DNA from: Octopus sinensis
Lineage: Eukaryota
DNA: 64,000 nt
Direction of reading: 5' to 3'
Assembly (NCBI RefSeq): GCF_006345805.1
Contig: NC_043000.1
Location: 34,782,001-34,846,000, forward strand
The translations under genes were made by a program, and so were the position numbers. Each line of letters opens with the position of its first letter. Position 1 is the first letter of the stretch. Under the pieces are notes generated by a model, which was given only the letters and a program-made list of their open reading frames with translations, had not been told where the DNA came from and ran no database searches. Shown here in pieces: positions 1-9,558 of this stretch.

Positions 1-607
1 TAATAACTAGACATCACAAACAAAAGAAAGAAAACTGTGTTCTGTTTTGAAAGAAACGAAATAATAGAAACCAGAGACTTTGAAGTGACTGACAGTATGA
101 AGCAGAATGATAAATCTCATGGAAAAGTTTGAAAGCTAAAATTAAAGTACCATGCTAAAATGATGGTGAGAAAAATCCCAAGTTTTTAATTAAAAAAGAC
201 TTGAATGGGGTTGATACAGACAAAGACAGTTTGCAATTCTCGGTTGTGGAATGCATGGCTAAAAACAAGGATTCTTGCTTGTAAGACAGAATAAAAACAT
301 TTGCACAGAAACCACCAAAATCCTGTAATGCAGCAGAATACAGTGAGAATGTGAAGAATATGGAGATTTACAGAAGAAACGATGACATGCATAGTTTCTC
401 ACTCTTATCCAAGAATAGGTACAACCTGCAGGTACGACAGGGTTGGGATTTATAGTCCCAGACTGGTTTTAACATACACCAGGAAAAGTAAAATTCTGAG
501 AGGCTGACAAAGCTACCATATCCTGGAGTACGTCAAAAGACCTGTTACTTGTGGCAATGGAAAGCAGGAAAAGACATGCTTATTCACCAAAGTATCAATT
601 CCAACAG

Positions 608-893
608 ATCATCATCATCATCGTTTAATGTCCGCTTTCCATGTTAGCATGGGTTGGACGATTTGACTGAGGTCTGGCGAACCAGATAGCTGCACCTGAC
701 TCCAATCTGATCTGGCAGAGTTTCTACAGCTGGATGCTCTTCCTAACGCCAACCACTTCGAGAGTGTAGTGGATGCTTTTATGTGCCACCAGCATGAGGG
801 CCAGTCAGGCGGTACTGGCAATGGCCACGCTCAAGTGCTGCTTTTTATGTGCCACCTGCACAGGAGCCAGTCCAGCAGCACTGGCAACGACCT
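608..893 (-). mobile_element. SINE/3' fragment with RTE-type tail and (GAT)n terminus (family A)
   Basis: Reverse complement of the gttggcgttaggaagggcatccagctgtagaaa...gttaaacgatgatgat motif, which recurs more than 20 times in the window. Confidence 0.85.
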
Positions 894-1175
894 AAATGAG
901 AATTTATTTGGAATGAGACCTAACCAAAATGTGTGAGCTGAAAAGAGAAACAATCCCAATTAAAAAACATTCAGGAATGATAAAAAGCATTTTCATTACC
1001 TTAATAACAACAATAACATTTATCAAGTGGTAAAGATCTGAAATTAGAGATAACCTGAATATAGAGGTTAAAACTCTCCCGATAACAAAAGGTACTCTGA
1101 GAATAATGCACACATACATACAAAAAAAGACAAATACACAACCTAAGGTCTATGACTTACAAATATACACAACTA

Positions 1176-1552
1176 GGTGCAGGTGTGACTGTGTGGCAAA
1201 AAGATTGCTTCCCAACCACATGGTTCTGTGTTCAGTCCCACCGCGTGGCACCTTGGATAAGTGTCTTCTAAAACAGCTTTGGGCCAACTAAAACATTATG
1301 AGTAGATTTGGTAGATAAAAACTGAAAGAAGCCTGTACACATGCACACACACACACACACGTGTGTGTTTATCCCCCACCACAGTTTGACAACTGTTGTC
1401 AAACTGCGTTGGTGTGTTTACGTCCCTGTAACTTAGTAGTTTGGTTTAAAAAGAAAAGAATAAGTCCTGAGGTCAATTCATTCAGCTAAAAATTCTTCAA
1501 GGCAGTGCCCCAGGATGGCCAAAGTCTAATGACTGAAACAAGTAAAAGATAC
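1176..1552 (+). mobile_element. tRNA-derived bipartite SINE (head with CORE-like cttgggcaagt segment, internal microsatellite, 3' module) (family B/C)
   Basis: Head gtgactgtgtgg...ggttcagtccca, then (CA)n, then gacaact...ggtgtgtttacgtcc...tgactgaaacaagtaaaag; about 10 copies in the window. Confidence 0.8.
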
Positions 1553-1649
1553 TATTTCATTGCATTCAGATCAGTTGTGAAACCAAATAATCTAAATCGA
1601 AAGTCAAATAAATGAGAATGAACAAAAGCTTTACTGTAATATATTGATT

Positions 1650-1755
1650 TCCAAATTTGGCACAAGGCCAGAAATTTGGGGGGAGGAATTTGATTACATT
1701 GACTCCAGTGTTTAACTGGTACTTATTTTATCAACCCTGAAAGATAAAGTCAACT
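1650..1755 (-). mobile_element. Fragment of tRNA-headed Nin-domain-like SINE (family D)
   Basis: Reverse complement of aagtaccagttaaacactggagtcaatgtaatc, shared with 3275-3680. Confidence 0.6.
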
Positions 1756-1759
1756 TTTA

Positions 1760-2200
1760 TAGTAATGGCATGTAAGAAGCACCATATGAATGTGGTTGAT
1801 GCTAGGTCTGACTGACTGGCTCCTGTGCCGGTGGCATGTATAAAGCATCATCTGTGGTCGATGCCAAGTCCACCTGACTGGCTTCATGCTGGTGGCACAT
1901 ATAAAGCACCATCCAAACGTGGTTAATGCCAGATCTACCTAACAGGTTCCTGTGCCAGTGGCACATAAAAGCACCATCTGAATGTGGTCGATGCCAGTAC
2001 CCCTAGACTGGCTCCCATGCTGGTAGCATGTAAAAAGTACCCACTATACTCTCAGAGTGGTTGGCGTTAGGAAGGGTATCCAGCTGTAGAAAGATTGCCA
2101 GATCAGATTGGAGCCTGGTGCAGCTGCAGACTCTCCAGGCCTTAGTCAAACCGTCCAACCCATGCCATCATGGAAAATGGACGTTCAACGATGATGATGA
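1760..2200 (+). mobile_element. Family A element with about 4.5 internal ~65-bp tandem units
   Basis: Repeated aaagcaccat...gtggtcgatgcc...gactggctc...ggtggca units followed by the RTE-type tail and gatgatgatgat. Confidence 0.8.
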
Positions 2201-2349
2201 TATTGAACACGCATAAATATAAAGACTACTCCATCTGAAATAGTTCACTTGCAGAAGCCATTATTTGGATCAATGCAACGAAAATCAATATATTTTACAG
2301 TGATCATAGCATTGATCGTGTACTATACTGTCATCTGTAAAAAAAAAAA

Positions 2350-2625
2350 TGCCTTACTGGTAGAGTTAACCTCCTTCAGCATCCCTTCCACTTTTCTTCA
2401 ATTCCAAGACAATTTCTATTTCTCATTGTAAAATGATAATGTTACTGACAAATACCATTAACTCCTGTCACTTTTTTCAAGTTGAGTGTATGAATCTTCT
2501 CCAGAACATAACCAAACAAACACAACAATATTGCATGTTTATCGACCATTCAGTTGATTAGTCCATGCACCTTTGTTGTACATCTTTTGCTCCATCTGGC
2601 CATGCCTTACAGCTATGCAGTGTCA
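2350..2625 (-). mobile_element. Highly decayed RTE LINE ORF fragment
   Basis: Minus strand reads MTLHSCKAWPDGAKDVQQR, resembling the AMLHGSETW region of the RTE copies at 38.9 kb and 45.7 kb. Confidence 0.4.
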
Positions 2626-2639
2626 TACCTTTACTGTTA

Positions 2640-2842
2640 CCCCCTGACTGGCTTCTGTGCCGGTGGCCCGTGAAAAGCACCCACTACACCCTTGGAGTGG
2701 TTGGCGTTAAGAAGGCTATCCAGCTGTAGAAATGTTACCAGATGAGATTGGAGCCTGGTACAGTCGCTAGCTCTCCAGGCCTCAGTCAAACAGTCCAATC
2801 CATGCCAGCATGGAAAAAATGGATGTTAAACAATGATGATGT
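2640..2842 (+). mobile_element. Family A SINE
   Basis: gagtggttggcgttaagaaggctatccagctgtagaaa...gttaaacaatgatgatg. Confidence 0.8.
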
Positions 2843-3274
2843 AATGCTTGAGCCAGGCTTATTTCTAACTAGACATGTCTTTGGTTAAAGGCATTCCAGC
2901 CATGATCATCCTGTATTTTGTTCAGATATAGTATACTGAGGACTAATAATCTCATGACACCTTTCTAGTTGTAAATCAAGAAGAGACAGGAGAAATGATA
3001 TGCCAGCTCATTGCCCTTATATAGGCTAATATATATATATATATATATATATGAACAAAAATCTAAAACAATCTGATCGATTTTACAATCTCTTTTATGC
3101 AATTTGATCCGACAGCTTCCATGGCATAATTCTGTCAAAAGCCCTGTGAGAGAAAATCACTGTTACTCTTTGACGGTGGTGGAGGGTGATACAAACACTA
3201 GAATGCCAAATAGAATATCTTTTAATATTCAGTTACATTCTGAATCGTCCATCATTTTGAGTTCAATAAATTGG

Positions 3275-3680
3275 AAGCTGGCAGAATCGTTAGCATGCCA
3301 GGTGAAATGCTTAGTGGTATTTCGTCTGCAGTTACGTTCTGAGTTCAAATTCCGCTGAGGTCGACTTTGCCTTACATCATTTCAGGGTAATAAATTAAGT
3401 ACCAGTTACGCACTGGGGTTGATATAATCGACTTAATCCTTTTGTCTGTCCTTGTTTGTCCCCTCTGTGTTTAGCCCCTTGTGGGTAGTAAAGAAATAGG
3501 TATTTCGTCTGCCACTCGATTCTGAGTTCAAATTCCGCCGAGGTCAACTTTGCCTTTCATCCTTTCGAGGTCGATTAAATAAGTACCAGTCACGCACTGG
3601 CGTCGATGTAATCGACTTAGTCCCTCTATATGTCCTTGTTTGTCCCCTCTATGTTTAGCCCCTTGTGGGCAATAAAGAAC
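3275..3680 (+). mobile_element. Tandem dimer of tRNA-headed Nin-domain-like SINE (family D)
   Basis: Head ggcagaatcgttagc...gagttcaaattcc (B-box); body repeated at about 3320-3500 and 3500-3680. Confidence 0.8.
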
Positions 3681-3808
3681 TAAATTGGACCACTAATACT
3701 GTATTTATTTTGAGATGCTGTTTTTCTCAATTATTTTAAATATAACAAAGAATTTAGTACCAAATAACTTAGTTATCATTAAGCTAGTGTTAGGTACATT
3801 AAGGTATG

Positions 3809-4566
3809 TATGGTGGAAGATTTAAATTCAAAACTTATGAAAACAAGACATTTGTACTATAGAGCCAGAGCCGGTTTGGTAACGAAAGGGTTAATTACTA
3901 TGGTTGAGTGAAGTGACTGCACGGCATTAAACGTAAAACATCTGAAGTTTTACGATAGAAATCATTATTATTGCAGAAAAAACTTAACAAGACCCTGCAA
4001 GTTGATGTCAATCGTAACAATCTGAATTCATTCATTTTTTAAAAAAATCTGTATTGGAATACTTCTACTCCACACACGTTAATAATACTGAAGGATCTGC
4101 TTTCTCTAAAATAAAAAAAAAAAAAAAACTTTAGGTGTTTTTTGTAATTACTATTACCTAAAAACATGTAGTTGTAGTCGCTCAAATATATGGTGGAAGA
4201 TTTAAATTCAAAACTTATGAAAACAAGACATTTGTACTATAGAGCCAGAGCCGGTTTGGTAACGAAAGGGTTAATTACTATGGTTGAGTGAAGTGACTGC
4301 ACGGCATTAAACGTAAAACATCTGAAGTTTTACGATAGAAATCATTATTATTGCAGAAAAAACTTAACAAGACCCTGCAAGTTGATGTCAATCGTAACAA
4401 TCTGAATTCATTCATTTTTTAAAAAAATCTGTATTGGAATACTTCTACTCCACACACGTTAATAATACTGAAGGATCTGCTTTCTCTAAAATAAAAAAAA
4501 CAAAAACTTTAGGTGTTTTTTGTAATTACTATTACCTAAAAACATGTAGTTGTAGTCGCTCAAATA
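3809..4566. repeat. Near-perfect 380-bp tandem duplication
   Basis: tggtggaagattt recurs at 3811 and 4191. The copies appear identical apart from the poly-A tract. The unit includes an element end aaagggttaa (piggyBac-MITE-like). Confidence 0.95.
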
Positions 4567-6789
4567 CATTAGTAAATTCTTGGCTCTCAAATTCAATGAT
4601 CTGCTGAGAACTAGTTCACTTTAGTAGGTAATACCTGTTGGAAAGGCATGAAACGCTCCAAACTACCTCGTTCTGTCGAAGGAATTTCCCCGACAAATTT
4701 GAGTCTTTTAAGTTCATTTCGATATTTCTTTTGTGTACATTATGTAATGCAATGCGGTCAATTTCTCTTGATTATGTTCCCTTGTCTTACAATAGAACAT
4801 GGTTTCGTTTTGCAGAAACAGAAAATAGAGATACTTAAAAAAAAAAAAGAAAGAGAAATCCATTCAAAAAATATATAAAAAGAAAAACCGAAGTTGAGTG
4901 TGACGGAAGATCGGTAGTTTAGGATTTGATATTGAAAGTTTGGGATAATTTGATTTAGTTCAAAATCAGAAAGAAATTTAAATATAAGAATATTATTATT
5001 ATTTCCTTTCAAGTCTTTTCGTAGCCGTAGATAAAGTAGAGTAGAAATTTTAGTTCTAATATAATGGAGAGAAGGAGAGGAGAGAGAGAGAGAGAGAGAG
5101 AAGGAGAGATGAAGGCAGAGAGAAGAGGGGGGAATGTGGAAGAAAAAGAGAGGGACAGAAAAGAGGAGATAGACGAGAGAGAGTGTGTGTGTGTGTATAA
5201 AAGAAATATTTTCAAACGAAGAAAACGTTTATTTAAAAAGAAATCCAAAAGCAAATATTTAATCCAGTTTCGTAAACGCAATGAAAACATTAAAACAAAA
5301 AAAAAGCTATCAGACTTGTTGAAATAGAATAAAATTGCTGATAATTAATTATCGATTTGTTGTTATGTTTGAAAGTAAGTATTGGTTTTAATAAATCATC
5401 GAAAGACTTTCATGTTAGCGTCAACGTGACAGAACGATTTCGGTGGAAAAATGTAAACAGTTTGTCGAAGTAAAGCACGTGTTGCTCAGAGCTTGAGGAA
5501 TAACAGTCGAGGTTTGACCCCAAAACTATTTTCATTCATTCACACTGTTACGAGCTGATATTTTCAGACAACGTCGATTACTACAGCTAAACTATTACAT
5601 CAAACTTGAATATAGTTATAAATTACATATATTTCTTTTGATATTTATCTTATTGAAAGATATAAACTGTCAATTAAAAAAACAACATAACATTTTTTTA
5701 TTTACCAACACTGATTCATTTAATGTCAAAGTGACATTTTCTCGATCCATGTCCGTTGAGTTCATGAATTCAACGAATCGTTTAATATGAACACATCGAT
5801 GATCGCTTTTTAAATTTTTATAATTAAACACCATTCACAAGAGACACTTAGAAGACATTCGACGGAAGTACATTGAAGTTTGTAAATTTTTAATTATATT
5901 TTTTTAAATTTCAACCATTCATAACCGAAGCATGTGTCAATCCGAAAAAATGTCAGCTTTTGATGTTTCCAGTATTTATTTTTTTATCATACATGCATCC
6001 ACATCGTTAAAAAATTAGATCATGTTTAAACTGTTAGGGTTGTTTGTTTAAATGAATAACAAACCCTTAATTATAGTTGAAGTTTGCTAAACGCAGAATG
6101 CCAGCCGACACAGCTAATATGACTGTGTTCATATATTTATTGAATGCATATCGATAATTAATCTTCGACCTACATGATAGAAAGAGAGAGAGAGATTGAA
6201 GTTGTCACAATATATTTTTGATAACAATTGATTTTAGTTGTTTGTCAAGATACCTGTGTTTATGTGTGTATAGACTATACACACACAATACATACATATA
6301 TATATATGTATATATAACACAGAGACAGGACTGTAGCTATCTTTTAATACAAGACATTGTAATTTACGAAGAAGCTGACAAATCTTAATCTCAATATGTT
6401 TGTACATGTAGTGATGGTAGGGCACCAACCTCAAAATTAATTAATGTCACACAACTGTGTTACCTTTTTGTAGAGGAGGGCTTGAAAAAATATCGACAGG
6501 TACTCCTCAGACTGAACATATATGTGTATATATATATATAACGGGAAGCTTTATGAAAATAAACAAAAGACGAAGGCAGGTGTATATATATATATATATA
6601 ATTATTTTATGTCTCCACAGTACCTAGAGAATCGTGTTTTCAATTTTGATGCTCTGAGATATCAACAAACGTATTTGATGCTGACGGGAATATTCCCCCT
6701 TCAGCTTAACCCTTCTGTCAGTAAGACAACAAACAAAATAAAGAAAAAGAAAGAAAAAATACTAAGGAAAACCCACAGGTAGCACTTAC

Positions 6790-6913
6790 TTTCTCTGTAT
6801 TTCTTTCTGAGGTCGGCGTGGACACTTTTCACAACGCCAGCCAGTCTCAGATGTTGTTGTTTCTTGTCGTCAGTCGACATTGAGCTTTCACAACTTGGAG
6901 ACGACGACGACAT
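6790..6913 (-). CDS. SAMTOR: First coding exon of S-adenosylmethionine sensor upstream of mTORC1 (SAMTOR/BMT2/C7orf60 orthologue)
   Basis: Translates MSSSSPSCESSMSTDDKKQQHLRLAGVVKSVHADLRKKYRE, matching the remembered human SAMTOR N-terminal motif LSGVVKSVHRRLRKKYREV. It ends exactly at a consensus GTAAGT donor (6789-6784), phase 1. The TTG start in the ORF track is not the likely start. No downstream exon (GDFDKIW-like) was found in 1-6780. Confidence 0.88.
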
Positions 6914-7039
6914 ACTCTGGCTGCTATTGTTGTTTATGTTGATGATATTATTGGTAAACAAATATCTCCACCACTGCCACCTTTATCTCCGGCTTCAATA
7001 AACATGACATGAAAGATCCAATGTTTGGTAAAATCAGCT

Positions 7040-7110
7040 GGGAATAGACCGGAAGTAGGTCAATGCCGACACTTCCGCTCCTCACACACCGCCCTCTGTC
7101 GGCAGCATGG
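7040..7110. promoter_or_regulatory. Bidirectional promoter core with two inverted ETS/GABP-type sites
   Basis: CCGGAAGT at 7049-7056 and ACTTCCGC at 7071-7078 (GCGGAAGT on minus). CpG-rich, directly upstream of the SAMTOR exon and of a plus-strand GTAAGT donor at 7365. Confidence 0.65.
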
Positions 7111-7333
7111 ACAAGTGAAATGTCGTCTGCTTTCTTTATTTCAGAATTTTACAATCTGAGTTGGCTACATCTTTTCACCAAAAACTAATGAAAATTATCG
7201 AAATAACAAATTTTAATCGAGTTTCTGTCATTAAGACAGTTCAACGAATTATGTACACGGAGCAATAAGTGTAAAAGTAAACAGAGAAGACAAAGGCAGG
7301 TTTCCTGTGAGAGACAAATATTTGGTTTTACAG

Positions 7334-7364
7334 CAACTAAAACATGTTTTTGGAAGCTATTTCG
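7334..7364 (+). other. Candidate 5' exon of an unidentified plus-strand gene (could encode MFLEAIS or be UTR)
   Basis: ttttacag acceptor ending 7333, ATG at 7344, TCG|GTAAGT donor at 7365; lies next to the bidirectional promoter. No homology recognised. Confidence 0.4.
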
Positions 7365-8544
7365 GTAAGTATTTGCTTTTTATTGAAACAAAAACATTTA
7401 AGGAATATAAATAAATACTTCTGAATAATGCTAACTGCGAAACGGACTTGGGAGGAAAATATTTCAAGTTTAACAGGGAATATTAAAACTTTCGAATTCC
7501 AGGAAAAAAATTCGAAATAATTAAAACTTTTGTTCTGATTTATTTGACAGAAAAGTTGTCGAACTTATTACACAGAAAGTGAACTAAAAGTTCAAATATT
7601 GGAATTTTTTTCTCCAAGTCACAGATTAAGTGGAAATAATGTAAGTAAATAACAAGTTAACTTTTTAATTTGTAGCGGAATAGTTAACTACAAAATGCTG
7701 GGGAGATATTTAAGGTTTAATTCCTCCGTTACCTTTATATTGTGGTGAATTAACTTAATATTTACTATTTAATATTTAATTGTTTCAATCTGTGTGTGTG
7801 TGTAGGGGGGGTGTTCTCTTATCTCTATGCTTTTATTTCTTCAGCCGGCGAAGCATGAATTGTTTGCGGAAATTAGAAAACAAATTTTTGTAAACAAGTT
7901 TTGTAAAAATAATTAGACAGCAAAAATAGTAAAAATTTTATTTCAATGTGGTTTCTTTGTTTTCAATCTTTATTACCTCTGACACAAAATAGAAAGAAAT
8001 ATATATGCTTACAGACATTTTATATAGGTACATAATAATAATAAGGCAAATAATTTCTTTTATTAGCCACAGGGGTATGGATGAGGGGGTCGTCATAAGG
8101 ACAGTCAACAATTTGTGTGGGGATCCATGTAAGAGATGAGAATAATAACAATAATAATAATGATTTCATTCGCGTGTTTAACACACACGCGCGAGTGCGT
8201 GCATCATGCCAAAATAGAGCGAGAAACAGGACTAGAAAGAAAAAAAAAATCCCTCTAAACTCGCTGAGATTCGGCCAAGTGAATACTAAGTTGTATAGAA
8301 AATGAAATGATAGATGTATGTATATATATATATATTTGTGTGTGTGTATCTCATATGCTTTGTGTATATGTATATATACACGTGTGTATACAGATATACA
8401 CATATGTACACACACATACAACTACACGCCTGCATCATAGCGAGTGATAGAGAGAGAGAGAGGTGCGCACACACAGACACAAGAGACGGCGACAGGCTTG
8501 TGTCTGCCATTGTTTGTTATTTTCTGTTTACTCAGCAGGTGCTT

Positions 8545-8554
8545 GTGACGTCAC
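8545..8554. promoter_or_regulatory. Full palindromic CRE/ATF site (GTGACGTCAC) in a CpG-rich putative alternative promoter
   Basis: Perfect TGACGTCA core at 8546-8553 in CpG-rich unique sequence, followed by an AG|GTGAGT donor at 9245. Confidence 0.45.
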
Positions 8555-9520
8555 GCGGGAGAGCCGTATCACTGCTTTTAATAACAATGTAGCACGGCGC
8601 CCTCAGTCAAATAGTGCCAACACTGCCGGCTTTTTTGAAAAAAAAACAATCGACTTTTTCTTTTCCCCCACAACACGGGGAAGGCAAAGTCGTTCTGATC
8701 GTAAAACACTGACAGAAAAGTTCACTTTTCTTTTCATTTCTTCGCAAAACACATCTACAGTAGTAGCAGGGAGCTTTTTTCTAAGCAAATAGCCATTTCT
8801 ATATTTCTCTTTAATTGGTTTTCTTGTCTTTATTTCTTATTTTTTTTCTCTCTGACTTTTTTTTTTACTTCAGTGAATAATACCTTTGTGTATTTATATC
8901 TACGTATATATATTAATTTTATATTTATAGGTATGTGTGTGTGTGTATGTATATACATATATATATATATATATGTATATAATACTATGACTGCATATGT
9001 GAGTGCGCGCATGTGTTTGTTATGGAGGTGTCTGTTTGTTTATGTGTATCACTATGTCTGCTAGTGGATGTGTTTATACAGTTGTCTGTATGTGTGGCTG
9101 TGCGTGCGTGCGTGCGACAGCGTATGGGTATATTTTTATTTACGATTGTGATGCGGTCCCTAAGTGTTGTCTTTCAAGCCTGAAAATTTTTACCGATTTC
9201 CAGGCAGGAAAGACCGGCCAATGTACTTGGCTTCTCTTTTAGAGGTGAGTGACAAAATACTCCTTCATTTCGTCGCTTTTCTCCCGACCCTTATACTTTT
9301 TTTTTTCATTTCACTTGGACACTTTGGTTTTATTTGTTGTTTTTTTTTTCTTTTATTCACAAACAGAAAAAAGCATTCAGTGTTTCAGCTATGCTTTATT
9401 TATTATTTTTTTTTATGGCTCTGTCTGCTGTTATAGAGTGAGGTAGGTTGTTTACTTGGCGAATGCTTCTAAATAATTGTGCATAGCAAATGAGGAGACA
9501 TTGTCTTTTTTTTTCCTCAC

Positions 9521-9558
<38 letters not shown>

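Noticed and set aside
1-600. Purine-rich plus-strand stretch that might be coding or hold SAMTOR exon 2
   Set aside because: All frames are interrupted and no GDFDKIW-like peptide appears on the minus strand.
1760-2040. Regularly spaced ~65-bp repeats superficially like a CRISPR array
   Set aside because: Eukaryotic context, whole units repeat with no unique spacers, no cas genes; part of a SINE.
5009-5327. Charged (ER/K-rich) and hydrophobic ORFs on opposite strands
   Set aside because: Derived from (GA)n and poly-A tracts.
6465-6700. Possible second hammerhead or Penelope terminus (tgtaga ggagggctt gaaa)
   Set aside because: Core and stems are too degenerate to support a call.
6701-6961. 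86-aa ORF with TTG start as a complete gene
   Set aside because: Only 6913-6790 matches SAMTOR; the frame continues past a consensus donor into intron.
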